Source of the DNA: Nitrospirota bacterium | GTDB lineage: Bacteria > Nitrospirota > JACRHJ01 | DNA length: 64,000 nt | Direction of reading: 5' to 3' | NCBI GenBank assembly: GCA_963845245.1 | Contig: CAWJRJ010000017.1 | Location: forward strand, 32,001 to 96,000 | Shown here: piece after piece, positions 30,600-40,816 of the stretch | Position numbering within the stretch: the first letter of the stretch is position 1 | Layout of the letters: every line of letters begins with the position of its first letter | Notes under the pieces: generated by a model | What the model was told of the DNA's origin: nothing | Seen by the model: only the letters and a program-made list of their open reading frames with translations | Database searches by the model: none | Position numbers and translations under genes: made by a program

Positions 30600-31730
30600 A
30601 TGAATACGGGTAGACCTACAAAGGCATATATAGATTTAAACGCGCTCGACCACAACCTCTGGGAGGTGCGGGGGAAGGCCGGCGGCCGCAAGGTGCTGGG
30701 CGTGGTGAAGGCGGACGCATACGGCCACGGCGCGGTAGAGGTGGCAAAGCGGCTGGTAGCGGGCGGCGTGGACATGCTGGGCGTCGCGCTGGTGGAGGAG
30801 GGCATACAGCTTCGCGAGGCGGGGATATTCACCCCCATACTCGTGCTGGGCGGCGTGTTCGAGGAGCAGGCGGAAGACCTTGTACGCTACAAGATAACGC
30901 CTACGGTATACTCGATGCCCCAGGTGACGGCCTTCAACGAGGCGGCTGTAAGCCACGGCGTGAAGCTCCCCGTGCATGTGAAGGTGGACACGGGCATGGG
31001 CCGGGTGGGTATGAGCCCGGACGAGGTGGTGGAGTTCATAACAAATATTTCAAAGCTCCCCGGCATCGAAGTGCAGGGGCTTATGACGCACCTGGCCGAC
31101 GTGTCGGAAGAGGACAAGTCGTTCGCGGAGTTCCAGATTGCGGCGTTCGAGGACGTGATAGACCGTCTCAACGTCCTTGGCATAGTCATCCCGATGCTGC
31201 ACGCGGCGGGAAGCGCGGCCATCATAGAGTTCGACCCGGCGTATTTCAATATGGTGCGCCCCGGCATCATGCTCTACGGCTGTTACCCGTCCGAACACAT
31301 GAAGACGCTTTTGAACCTCAGACCGGTGATGAGTGTCAAGACCGCCGTGATGCACCTGAAGTGGATGGGGAAGGGGCTGCCCATCAGCTATGGCCGCACC
31401 TTCTACACAAACAGGCCAAGCCTAATCGCGACGCTCCCAATCGGTTATGCCGACGGGCTGGACCGTGGCCTTTCAAACAAAGGCTACGTCCTTATCGGAG
31501 GCCACAGTTGCCCCATCGTCGGCACCGTCTGCATGGACCTTGTCATGGTGGACGTCACGGAGCTTGAGAATGTGAAGATCGGCGACGAGGCCGTTATCAT
31601 CGGCAAGCAGGGCAGCCAGGAGATAACGGCGGAAGAGGTCGCGGAGATGCTTGATACGATTTCGTATGAGGTTCTTTGCGGGATAAGCAGCAAGGGTGCC
31701 GAGGGAGTACACATATTAACACTTGTTTAG
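30600..31730 (+). CDS. alr: Alanine racemase (probable -1 indel near 31695; true end about 31719)
   Basis: VVKADAYGHG, KVDTGMGR, VRPGIMLYG, IGYADG, CMD. Confidence 0.96.
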   Translation: MNTGRPTKAYIDLNALDHNLWEVRGKAGGRKVLGVVKADAYGHGAVEVAKRLVAGGVDMLGVALVEEGIQLREAGIFTPILVLGGVFEEQAEDLVRYKITPTVYSMPQVTAFNEAAVSHGVKLPVHVKVDTGMGRVGMSPDEVVEFITNISKLPGIEVQGLMTHLADVSEEDKSFAEFQIAAFEDVIDRLNVLGIVIPMLHAAGSAAIIEFDPAYFNMVRPGIMLYGCYPSEHMKTLLNLRPVMSVKTAVMHLKWMGKGLPISYGRTFYTNRPSLIATLPIGYADGLDRGLSNKGYVLIGGHSCPIVGTVCMDLVMVDVTELENVKIGDEAVIIGKQGSQEITAEEVAEMLDTISYEVLCGISSKGAEGVHILTLV

Positions 31731-31756
31731 CTAAGCAGACCAAAGGACAATAAAGC

Positions 31757-32191
31757 ATGAAGTTTAGTGATTTTATATATCAACTCGAAACTGACGACCA
31801 AGGAAGAAGAATATTTTATCCGAATGGTCTATTTGGAAAAGGCTACTATTTGCCAGATGAAATTTCAGAAACTAAAATAAAAAAAATTCAGGGATATATT
31901 GTTTTATTGGGTTCATTAGCTTATCTTGTTCCTTTTCTATTGACTAAGGTTATTATTCAAGATATTCCAGTTTCATTCGTTAGAATTTATTACTTTGTTG
32001 GGATATTTCTTCTGCTTGGTGGTTATTTTGTTATCATCGCGAGATTTGTAAAAAAACTTCAGGTAGTAGAAACTAGACTGTCTTTTAAAGAGAAATATAT
32101 TAAAATAGCAAACCGTGTCCCCCCAATTCTATTGTGGTCGTATCTTTTACTAAACCTGGCTTATGTATTTATTATATGGATCAAATTCTAG
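31757..32191 (+). CDS. AT-rich hypothetical membrane protein
   Basis: About three hydrophobic helices; base composition differs from flanks. Confidence 0.65.
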   Translation: MKFSDFIYQLETDDQGRRIFYPNGLFGKGYYLPDEISETKIKKIQGYIVLLGSLAYLVPFLLTKVIIQDIPVSFVRIYYFVGIFLLLGGYFVIIARFVKKLQVVETRLSFKEKYIKIANRVPPILLWSYLLLNLAYVFIIWIKF

Positions 32192-32683
32192 ATGGGCTAA
32201 ATTTTCGCCTGATACTGGGAGTGTTGAAGTTTTTATCAATTTATTGATAATTAGATTTAAAAGTCAAAGACCCGAAGAAGAATATGGGGGAAAAGGCCCA
32301 GATGTTTTATGGTTAGTAGGAGATTTAAATTATTTTATCATTGAATGCAAGAACGGCTGTATTACAGAATTAATATCTAAGCATGATTGTGACCAATTAA
32401 GTGGTTCAATAAATTGGTTTAAAAGCAAATATGATGACACGTGTTCTTTGTTCACATAATGGTACATCCATCAAATAAATTTGAAAGACATGCATCTCCT
32501 CACGAAGATGTAAGAATTATTACAACAGAAAAATTAGATGATATTAAACAAAATATTAAAAATTTCGTTAAAGTTGCAAAAGACAAAGAAGAAATTGCAG
32601 ATATTAAAAATTTGCTAGAGTATTATAATTTTACAAAAGATAAATTTATTAATAAATTCACTGTAAAATATATTGTCCAGTAG
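32192..32683 (+). pseudogene. Remnant C-terminal PD-(D/E)xK nuclease domain of an SF2 helicase-nuclease
   Basis: SQRPEEEYGGKGPDVLW...YFIIECKN...QLSGSINWF; no helicase motifs upstream; frameshift near 32455. Confidence 0.6.
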
Positions 32684-32688
32684 GGAAA

Positions 32689-32746
32689 GTTGCTGTCACA
32701 TTAATGAGGCAGCATTAATAGGCGCCTGATAAATCAGGCAGCTACA
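32689..32746. repeat. Second REPIN-like element
   Basis: gttgctgtcacattaatgaggc ... gcctgataaatcaggcagCTACa, similar to 23321-23378. Confidence 0.65.
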
Positions 32747-32771
32747 AATTAAGAAAAAGAACCGAAGATAA

Positions 32772-34136
32772 ATGGCTAAAGAAAAAACATTTTTCGCCTG
32801 CCAGTCATGCGGCGCGATATCCCCGAAATGGATGGGCAAATGCCCGGAATGCGGCGCGTGGGAGACGATGGTGGAGGAACGCGAAGCCCCGGAGCGCGGC
32901 CTTGCATCGCAGTTCGTGGACAACACAAAGAGCCGCCCCACACCTATCGGCGACATAAAAAGCGAGGGCGAGCACCGGGCATCGGTGGGCATAGGCGAGC
33001 TTGACCGCGTGCTTGGCGGAGGGCTTGTGAAGGGCTCGGTGGTGCTGGTGGGCGGAGACCCAGGCATCGGCAAGTCCACCCTGATGCTGCAGGCGATGCA
33101 AGAACTTGCAGCTCGCGGCAGCCGCGTGCTGTACGTGTCCGGCGAGGAATCCGCCAGGCAGATAAAGCTTCGCGGCGAGAGGCTGGGCGCATCGTCCAGT
33201 AACCTCCTGGTGCTGGCGGAGAACTCGCTTGAGGACATCCTGCGCCATGCGACCGAGACCCAGGCCGACGCGGTGGTCGTGGATTCCATCCAGACGCTCT
33301 ACTCTCCGAACATAACATCCGCCCCAGGAAGCATATCCCAGGTGCGCGAGGGCGCGGGCCAACTGGTTGTATTCGCAAAGAAAACAGGTACTCCGGTGTT
33401 CATCGTGGGCCATGTGACCAAGGACGGCTCGATAGCCGGACCGAGGGTGCTCGAACATATGGTGGATACTGTGCTATACTTTGAGGGTGACCGCGGCCAC
33501 GCATTCAGGATTTTGCGCGCGGTCAAGAACCGCTACGGCTCCACGAACGAGATCGGCGTATTCGAGATGAAGGGCGCGGGCCTCAAGGAAGTAGCGAACC
33601 CTTCCGAGATTTTTCTTGCAGAAAGACTATTGGACGTGACCGGCTCGGTGGTGGTATCCACCGTCGAGGGTACGCGTCCCATCATGGCAGAGCTCCAGGC
33701 ACTTGTTACCCCGACCAGCTTTGGCAACCCGAGACGCACCGCGATAGGCGTCGATTACGGCCGTTTCACGCTGCTGCTTGCAGTGCTTGAGAAGCGTGTC
33801 GGACTGCACCTGATGGGCCAGGACGTTTACGTGAACGTGGTGGGCGGCCTGAAGGTGGACGAGCCGTCGGTTGACCTGGGCGTGATTGCGGCGGTGGCTT
33901 CGGCCTTCAAGGACATGCCGGTATCGTCGCGCACTGTGGTGATGGGCGAGGTGGGTCTGGGCGGAGAAGTCCGGGCGATCGCGCAGGCTGAGATGCGCGC
34001 GGGCGAGGCCGCGAAGCTTGGCTTCGACAGATGCATCATGCCGAAGTCGAACGTGAAGAAGATGCACAAGGTCAAGGGCATCGAGATAGTGGGTGTCGAA
34101 CAGGTGGACGAGGCGCTGGAGGCGTTGCTGGGTTAG
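32772..34136 (+). CDS. radA: DNA repair protein RadA/Sms
   Basis: CxxC-CxxC Zn finger, GDPGIGKSTL, KNRYG motif, Lon-like C-terminus. Confidence 0.97.
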   Translation: MAKEKTFFACQSCGAISPKWMGKCPECGAWETMVEEREAPERGLASQFVDNTKSRPTPIGDIKSEGEHRASVGIGELDRVLGGGLVKGSVVLVGGDPGIGKSTLMLQAMQELAARGSRVLYVSGEESARQIKLRGERLGASSSNLLVLAENSLEDILRHATETQADAVVVDSIQTLYSPNITSAPGSISQVREGAGQLVVFAKKTGTPVFIVGHVTKDGSIAGPRVLEHMVDTVLYFEGDRGHAFRILRAVKNRYGSTNEIGVFEMKGAGLKEVANPSEIFLAERLLDVTGSVVVSTVEGTRPIMAELQALVTPTSFGNPRRTAIGVDYGRFTLLLAVLEKRVGLHLMGQDVYVNVVGGLKVDEPSVDLGVIAAVASAFKDMPVSSRTVVMGEVGLGGEVRAIAQAEMRAGEAAKLGFDRCIMPKSNVKKMHKVKGIEIVGVEQVDEALEALLG

Positions 34137-34142
34137 GAACCA

Positions 34143-34167
34143 AACGCCTCCATAACAAGGAGGCGTT
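34143..34167. terminator. Hairpin after radA (terminator-like)
   Basis: aacgcctcc/ggaggcgtt 9-bp stem; weak U tract. Confidence 0.45.
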
Positions 34168-34255
34168 CCATGCCGCTAGACAACAAGACTCTCCTTTATT
34201 GCAAGCCCGATCTCGCAACTCCATTAATAATGACAACAGACAAGGCGGTGAAGCC

Positions 34256-34582
34256 ATGATGAAGGCTTCCGTCCTTTTGTTGCTTGCGATGCTGGGAGGC
34301 GCTTCAAGCTCCACGCATCTCATCAGGGTATCGGGTACCGTCGAGATGCTGCGGGCTGAGGCCGGTGCAAAACCTGGCTATGAGATAAGGCTGGACAGGC
34401 CGATGAACATATCAGGCAGGCAGGTGAAAAACATCGAGATATGCCGTGGGGGCCAGTGCCTGAAGCTTCTCCTGAACAAAAGAGTTACTGCCACTGGCAA
34501 GATAGAAGGCAAGGGCGGGAGCCAGAAAGATTCTCCCCGGTTGATACTGATTGCTGACCCGAGGGAACAGAAGGCGCGTTAG
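34256..34582 (+). CDS. Small exported hypothetical protein (OB-fold-like beta protein)
   Basis: Signal peptide MMKASVLLLLAMLGG; beta-rich. Confidence 0.55.
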   Translation: MMKASVLLLLAMLGGASSSTHLIRVSGTVEMLRAEAGAKPGYEIRLDRPMNISGRQVKNIEICRGGQCLKLLLNKRVTATGKIEGKGGSQKDSPRLILIADPREQKAR

Positions 34583-36125
34583 TGCGCGCCGGGCGTACCC
34601 TTTCCGTGGCCCTTGTTCAGCAGGAAGAGCAGGGGCGCGACCACTATGAACGCGATGCACATTATGAAGAAGATGCGGTTGTACGCGAGCATTGCCGCCT
34701 GCCGCTGGACCTGGCCATACATGGCGGCAAGCGCCGACTTGTCAGCCGCTACTACACCCCTTTGTGCAAGTCCCTGCCTGATTCCTGAAAACCTCTGCTG
34801 AAAGACCGGGTTGTACGGGTTTATGTGTGAGACCAGCACCGTCTGGTAGAACTGCGAATACCTGGCGATCATAGTGGTGGCAAAGCCGATGCCTACGCTG
34901 CCGCCGATGTTCCTGAGCAGGTTGAAAAACCCGGTCGCGTTGCCCATCTGCTCGCGCGAGATCGTGGAGAATGTAAGCGTGGTGAGCGGCACGAACACCA
35001 TCGCCAGCCCGAACCCGAGGAGCACCCGCGGCATCATGAAATCCCAGTATGAGGCTTCCAGGGTGAACCTGCTCATCATGAAAAGCGATACCGAGCCGAC
35101 TGCAAGACCGGTGAATATTATTCTCCTGCCGTCGAATTTCTTGAGCGCTATCCCGACAAACGGCATGGTAATAAGCGTGGCAACACCTCCGGGCGCGAGC
35201 ACCATACCGGCGAGCGTCGCGTCGTAGCCCATCAGCGTCTGGAGCAGCAGGGCTATCATCACCAGGGTGCTGTAGAGGCAGAAACCGAAGGTGAACATCA
35301 GGAGGTTGCCCGACGTGAAGGATTTGTCCTTGAAGAGCCTCAGGTTGACGATCGGGTGCTTGCTCTTGAGTTCGAAGTAGACCAGCAGTAGCGAGGCTGA
35401 TGAGCGCTATAAGCGCGAAAGCGATGATGAACGACGAGCTGAACCAGTCCTCGCGCTCGCCCTTGTCCAGGACAATCTGGAGCGCGCCAAGCCCAACCAC
35501 AAGCAACCCCAGGCCGAGGTAGTCGATCTTTACGTTCGCCTTCTTTATGTAATGCGGGTCGAATATGAAGTACTTCGCCATGGTGACGGCGATGACGCCG
35601 GCCGGGATGTTTATGTAGAATATCCAGCGCCAGCTTATGTTGTCCGTTATCCAGCCGCCCATCGCCGGGCCGATGATGGGGCCGAACATCGCGCCCACGC
35701 CGAATATGGCCATGGCGAGTCCGCGCTCCTTTATGGGGAATGTCTCAAACAGTATCGCCTGGCTCATCGGCTGGAGCGCGCCGCCGGCCGCGCCCTGTAA
35801 TATCCTGAAGAATATCAGCATGCCGAGGTTCGGCGCGGAGCCGCACAGGAACGAGGCTATGGTGAAAATGCGTGATGCAGGAGATGAGGAAGCGTTTCCT
35901 GCCGAAGAAGCCGCCCAGCCAGCCGGTCATGGGCAGCACTACGGCGTTGCTGACGAGGTAGGAGGTGAGCACCCATGTTATCTCGTCCGCGCCCGCGTTG
36001 AAGCTTCCCTGTATATGCGGGAGCGCCACGTTCGCGACGGAGGTGTCTATGATCTCCATCACGGTGGGGAGCATGACCGCTATGGTTATCAGCCACTTGT
36101 TGATCGGCTTGCGGGTGTCTTCCAT
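34579..36125 (-). CDS. emrB: DHA2 family MFS efflux permease EmrB (frameshifts near 35875 and 35390)
   Basis: IDTSVANVALPHI, WVLTSYL, GPIIGP.MGGW, NLLRNIGGS. Confidence 0.9.
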
Positions 36126-36126
36126 A

Positions 36127-37245
36127 TCAGTTGAACGGGTTCAGACTCGTGAGGACGTCCTTGAACGTTTGCCCGGTGTGTATCGTCGGTACGACGCTCA
36201 TGCCCACACGGAGCAGATGGCGCGGGTCGCTCGACTGGTCTATTACTATCTTTACCGGGATCCTCTGCACCACCTTCACGTAGTTGCCGGTCGCGTTCTC
36301 GGGCGGGAGAAGCGAGAATGCCGCGCCGGTGCCTGCCATTATGCTGTCCACCTTGCCGCGGAAGACACGGCCGGGGAATGCGTCCACGGTGAACTCCACC
36401 TTCTCGCCCGGTCGCACATGGGTAAGCTGGCTCTCCTTGTAGTTTGCCGTCACCCATATATCGCCCAGGCTGACGAGGGCCATGAGGGGCTGGCCGGGGG
36501 AGAGGTTGTTGCCGGGCTCTACAGATTTTCGTGTGATGTAACCGTCTGCCGGGGCGCGCACCTCGGTGTATGAGAGGTTCAGCTTCGCCTGATCGAGCTC
36601 GGCCTTCTTCTGGGCGACCGTCGCATCCTCGCCGCCTTTCACCATGAGTCCGATGTCCGCCTTGGCCTTGCGCACGTTCTCCTGCGCATCTCTGAGCTGC
36701 GCCTTAGCTACGTTGCGGTTGGTGGTCAGAGTGTCGAGGTCCTGTTTGGATATTATGCCGCGCTTGAAAAGCGCCGCGCCCCGCTCAAGGTTGTTCTCGG
36801 CAAGCTCGAGCTGGGATTTTACCAGCGTGACCTGGGCGTTCGCGGAGTCAAGCTTTGCATAGTTGCTCGCAATGTCGTTCTCGGCCTGCTTGACTGCGGC
36901 GGCGGAGTTCTGGACCTGGGTCTTGAAGTCGGACTGGTCGAGCGATATCAGCAGTTCGCCCTTGCGCACATACTGGTTGTCATTCACGTATACCGCGCTC
37001 ACATGCCCCGCTTCCCTGGCGGATATCTGGAAGACGTGGCCGTCGATGAAGGCGTCGTCGGTGGATATGTCTATCTTGGCCATTATCCACCAGCTCGTCC
37101 CGAGCACAAGCCCAGACACTATCAGCAGGAATATGATTATCGCGGCCCTCTTCTTGCCGCCGCCCGGTGCGCCGCTCACTGCATCGATCAACTTGGTCGG
37201 TTCAGGCGTTGCCTCGGGTTTGTTCTCTAACGGTTCCTCTGCCAT
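36127..37245 (-). CDS. emrA: HlyD/EmrA membrane fusion protein
   Basis: STDDAF, FSLLPPENATGNYVKVVQRIPV. Confidence 0.93.
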   Translation of the reverse strand: MAEEPLENKPEATPEPTKLIDAVSGAPGGGKKRAAIIIFLLIVSGLVLGTSWWIMAKIDISTDDAFIDGHVFQISAREAGHVSAVYVNDNQYVRKGELLISLDQSDFKTQVQNSAAAVKQAENDIASNYAKLDSANAQVTLVKSQLELAENNLERGAALFKRGIISKQDLDTLTTNRNVAKAQLRDAQENVRKAKADIGLMVKGGEDATVAQKKAELDQAKLNLSYTEVRAPADGYITRKSVEPGNNLSPGQPLMALVSLGDIWVTANYKESQLTHVRPGEKVEFTVDAFPGRVFRGKVDSIMAGTGAAFSLLPPENATGNYVKVVQRIPVKIVIDQSSDPRHLLRVGMSVVPTIHTGQTFKDVLTSLNPFN

Positions 37246-37257
37246 GACGTATTCCTC

Positions 37258-37671
37258 TTATTTGCGTAATTTATTCAAAAGTCCCCTGAGTGTATCGACC
37301 TCTTTGGCCGTCAGGCGCGTTGTAAATTCCTTGGTGACGTTTGACGCTATGGCGCACAACGGCTCCTTGAGCGATTTCCCCTTGTCGGTGAGGCAGACCC
37401 GGTACGCCCTCCTGTCCCCATCATGGGCGTGCCTCTTTACGAGGCCCTCGTCCTCCAGCCTGTCCACCATCCCCACCATCGTCGCGCGGTCAACCTGCGA
37501 GCGTTCGCAAATCTCGGTCTGCGACAGCCCGTCCTCCTGCCACAGGAAGGCGAGGATGCTGAACTGCGGGGGCGTGATGTTATAAGGCAGGAGTTGTTCC
37601 CGGAACAGGGAGAAGCCCTTCTTGTATGCCTTCGATAGGAGAAACCCTACGTTTTGCTCGATGTCGTACAC
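37258..37671 (-). CDS. MarR family regulator
   Basis: ITPPQFSIL, DRLEDEGLVKR, DRRAYRV.LT. Confidence 0.93.
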   Translation of the reverse strand: MYDIEQNVGFLLSKAYKKGFSLFREQLLPYNITPPQFSILAFLWQEDGLSQTEICERSQVDRATMVGMVDRLEDEGLVKRHAHDGDRRAYRVCLTDKGKSLKEPLCAIASNVTKEFTTRLTAKEVDTLRGLLNKLRK

Positions 37672-37732
37672 TTCCGTAATCCTCGCTTATTTTAATTATT
37701 ATACCAATAGTTCGTATACAAATCAATACGGT

Positions 37733-37758
37733 AAAAAGAAGCGGGCAAGGTTGCCCGC
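37733..37758 (-). terminator. Putative terminator of the RACo gene
   Basis: gcgggcaa/ttgcccgc stem with T-rich tail on the minus strand. Confidence 0.55.
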
Positions 37759-37767
37759 AGCTTGTTT

Positions 37768-39693
37768 TTATTCCCCTTTTTCCGCTGCTTTACGCATGCG
37801 CTCCACGGTCGGGAACTCGTCCGCGTTGGTGTGCGGCAGGAACAGGGCCGAGACGTACTCGTCCATGAACGAGCGCGAGACCGACAGCTCCATGTAGGTC
37901 ATCCTGTGGGCGATGTCCTCCACGTCCTTGCGCAGGTTCTTGGACAGCAGCGCCATGTATGCGCCCATGATGGACGTGTTGCCCAGGAACTCGAATTTTT
38001 CTACGGGTAAATCAGGCAGAAGACCGATAGTTATCGCCCGTTCGACGTCCAGGTAGTTTCCAAAACCGCCCGCAATATATACCTTTTCCACGTCCTTGAA
38101 GTCGAAATTGACCTCTTTCAATAGTGTGGAGAACCCGGCGTATATCGCGCCCTTGGTGCGGACGATGTTGTCTATGTCAGGCTCGGTGAGGGCGATGTCC
38201 TTCTCGGTGCCCGTCTCCGCCGCCCATGCCAGGACGTACTCGGGCCCGGTGTCTCCCACGCGTACGCGGTTGGTCTTAGCGTCCAGGTTTATCTTGCCCT
38301 TCTGGTCGATTATGCCCGTCAGGAACATCTCGGCGATGGCGTCTATCATGCCCGAGCCGCATATGCCGATAGGGGCCGTGTAGCCAATAACCGCAAGCTT
38401 CGCCTCCAACGTCTTGGGGTCTATCTCCACCTTCTCGATTGCCCCGTCCATCGCGCGCATGCCGTACTTTACGCCGCCGCCCTCGAACGCCGGCCCTGCG
38501 GAACATGCCGCCGTGACCATCCAGTCTGAGTTGCCGACGACTATCTCGCCGTTCGTGCCGATGTCAATGAAAAGGCTGAGGTCGTGTTTTTTATATAGCC
38601 GTGATGCGAGGATGCCTGAGGTGATGTCTCCGCCGACATATGACGCGACGCATGGCATGGCGTATATGACGCCGAAGTCGTTTATCTTCAGGCCCAGCGC
38701 GTGCGTGCGCATCAGCGGGAAGAAGGTCGCAGTGGGGATGTACGGCTCCTCGCGGATGTATGCCGGGTCGATGCCGTAGAACAGGTGCGTCATCGTGGTG
38801 TTGCCGGATATCACTATGTTATCAATCTTCTCCGGGTCGATGCCTGTCTTGTTTGATATCTTCTCAAGCAGGTCGTTCACCGCCTCCACCACCAGCTTCT
38901 GGAGTTCCTGGAGCCCACCGCCCTCGGATGCATATACGATGCGCGATATGATGTCCTCGCCGCAGCGCACCTGCGGGTTGTATGTCGATGCGACGTCAAT
39001 TACTTTGCCGTCGAACATGTCTATAAGGTAGACGACGATGGATGTAGTGCCCACGTCCACAGCCGCGCCGTAACGTGGCTTGGTTGCATCGCCGGGCTGG
39101 ACGTCCATGATCTCCACGACGTTGCCCACCATCAGGAGCGTGACGGTTACGTTCCAGTTCGCCGCCCGCATGACATGGCCGGTCTTCTGGATTATCGGCA
39201 GGTTTATGTGTATGTCGGCGATCTCGTAGCCGCGCTTGCTCAGCTCGCGTTTCAGGCGTTCCACGTCCGATATGTTGTCGTCCAGGTTGGGCGGGGGCAG
39301 TTTCAGGTATATCTTGCGGGTGATGGATTTGAAATCGCCCTTGCAGGTATGCTCCATCATCTTGTGTAGCTCGTGGATCTTTGAGCCGGTTGCGATCTTG
39401 CTGCCCCTGCGCATCTGGGACCCCAGCGGTATCTCGATGGTCATGTCTGACTTCGGCGCCGTCATGCAGGCGAGCCTGATGCCCGCATCGAAGTCCTTCG
39501 CGCTAAGCATGCCGGTCTCTTTTGACTCGACAATGCCGTCTTTGACGATGACCCGGCATTTGCCGCAGTTGCCCTTGCCGCCGCATGTGGCGTTTATATG
39601 TATGCCTGCGGCCCCGGCCGCCTTCAGTATGGTCTGGCCGTCTTTGGCCTCTACGGTCTTCTTGTTCGGTAAGAAAGTGAGCTTGTGGGACAT
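37768..39693 (-). CDS. RACo/AcsV-type reductive activator of corrinoid proteins (2Fe-2S plus ASKHA, DUF4445)
   Basis: CGGKGNCGKC...RLAC ferredoxin, DVGTT, DIGTNGE, CSAGPAFEG, GICGSG, LPHT. Confidence 0.92.
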   Translation of the reverse strand: MSHKLTFLPNKKTVEAKDGQTILKAAGAAGIHINATCGGKGNCGKCRVIVKDGIVESKETGMLSAKDFDAGIRLACMTAPKSDMTIEIPLGSQMRRGSKIATGSKIHELHKMMEHTCKGDFKSITRKIYLKLPPPNLDDNISDVERLKRELSKRGYEIADIHINLPIIQKTGHVMRAANWNVTVTLLMVGNVVEIMDVQPGDATKPRYGAAVDVGTTSIVVYLIDMFDGKVIDVASTYNPQVRCGEDIISRIVYASEGGGLQELQKLVVEAVNDLLEKISNKTGIDPEKIDNIVISGNTTMTHLFYGIDPAYIREEPYIPTATFFPLMRTHALGLKINDFGVIYAMPCVASYVGGDITSGILASRLYKKHDLSLFIDIGTNGEIVVGNSDWMVTAACSAGPAFEGGGVKYGMRAMDGAIEKVEIDPKTLEAKLAVIGYTAPIGICGSGMIDAIAEMFLTGIIDQKGKINLDAKTNRVRVGDTGPEYVLAWAAETGTEKDIALTEPDIDNIVRTKGAIYAGFSTLLKEVNFDFKDVEKVYIAGGFGNYLDVERAITIGLLPDLPVEKFEFLGNTSIMGAYMALLSKNLRKDVEDIAHRMTYMELSVSRSFMDEYVSALFLPHTNADEFPTVERMRKAAEKGE

Positions 39694-39795
39694 TTTTCCT
39701 CTTTGTTGTGGCTAGTACTGGATTAAGAAGGTAAATGTTAACATTCTCTATAAGTTGCGTCAAGGGTTATGAAGGGGAGTCGCACAAATAAAAAT

Positions 39796-39811
39796 TGTTC
39801 CACGTGGAACA
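39796..39811. promoter_or_regulatory. parS: parS centromere-like site (ParB binding)
   Basis: Perfect palindrome TGTTCCACGTGGAACA matching the widespread parS consensus. Confidence 0.85.
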
Positions 39812-40142
39812 TTTGTAATTCTTTTTGTTTATAGTGTCTTGCCGTGAACTCAGTTATTCCTGCCATTAAGCCCTGGCCACATAACTCGCTGATTCAAAAA
39901 GATATTTAACCCCAAAGGTCATGTTCAAATTCGTGTATTTTCCGGCCATTTCCCGCAAAATTCCCGCAAAAAAGCCCCGCTTTTTTTGCAGAAAGCCGAC
40001 CGATTATTCAGAATTTTACAGACATTGGAGAGTGCCACGTCTACGGGATGTGTCTCTGCAAGAAAAAACTTGCATATTAAAAAAAAACTATGTATTTTGC
40101 ATAATTCATTTGACGTTTTAACACTACTGAAGGAGACGATCT

Positions 40143-40673
40143 ATGAGACGAATTGGCAAGATGGTTGGAGGCATTCTGTTTTTGGCGGCGTTACTTATTC
40201 CTGCTAGCGTATTTGCCGGATCTAAGGTGCAAAATATAAATGTCGTAAACACGGCTCCGATACCTGTTGCAGGAAATTTGACTATTGTAAACGACACGCC
40301 AATCTCAGTTTCCGGAATTGTTGGTTATTATCCAGTCGAACCGCCATCTGGCAGTACCTGTGGTATTCAAAAGCCTTTAGTCTCCGTAGTATTGGGCCCC
40401 GCCAGCCCGGCTGCTGTGGGGACCCCAGTTATTCTCTCTGTTAGTGCGAGCGACCCCGACAATGGACCTCCATGCAACCTTGACCAAGTTGTAACAGTCC
40501 GCTCTGAGATCATAAACATGCCACCGATGGCCACTGCGACCCTCACCCCAGCAGTTGGATTTACACCAACCTTTGTTCCGAATGTTGCCGGTTCATACAC
40601 TATCTTAGTACGTGCTACTGATGACACGGGTCGGAGTTCATCGGCACAAATAACTATACCTGTAGCTCCTTAA
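40143..40673 (+). CDS. Exported beta-sandwich (PKD/Ig-like) hypothetical protein
   Basis: Signal peptide; ASDPD, TFVPNVAGSYTI..RATDDTG. Confidence 0.7.
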   Translation: MRRIGKMVGGILFLAALLIPASVFAGSKVQNINVVNTAPIPVAGNLTIVNDTPISVSGIVGYYPVEPPSGSTCGIQKPLVSVVLGPASPAAVGTPVILSVSASDPDNGPPCNLDQVVTVRSEIINMPPMATATLTPAVGFTPTFVPNVAGSYTILVRATDDTGRSSSAQITIPVAP

Positions 40674-40816
40674 TAATCTTAAAAACATTGGAATAAAGCA
40701 GTAGGCACTTTATAGATTTTGGGTTACGGCTAGAACAGCACATCACTGTTCTAGTTGTAACCCTTACCTGGTCAAAAAAGCCCTTTTTAGCCCATATCAA
40801 AAATAGGGACACATCC

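Noticed and set aside
39694..40142. Possible oriC
   Set aside because: No cluster of TTATCCACA DnaA boxes seen and no dnaA/gidA neighbours; only parS is supported.
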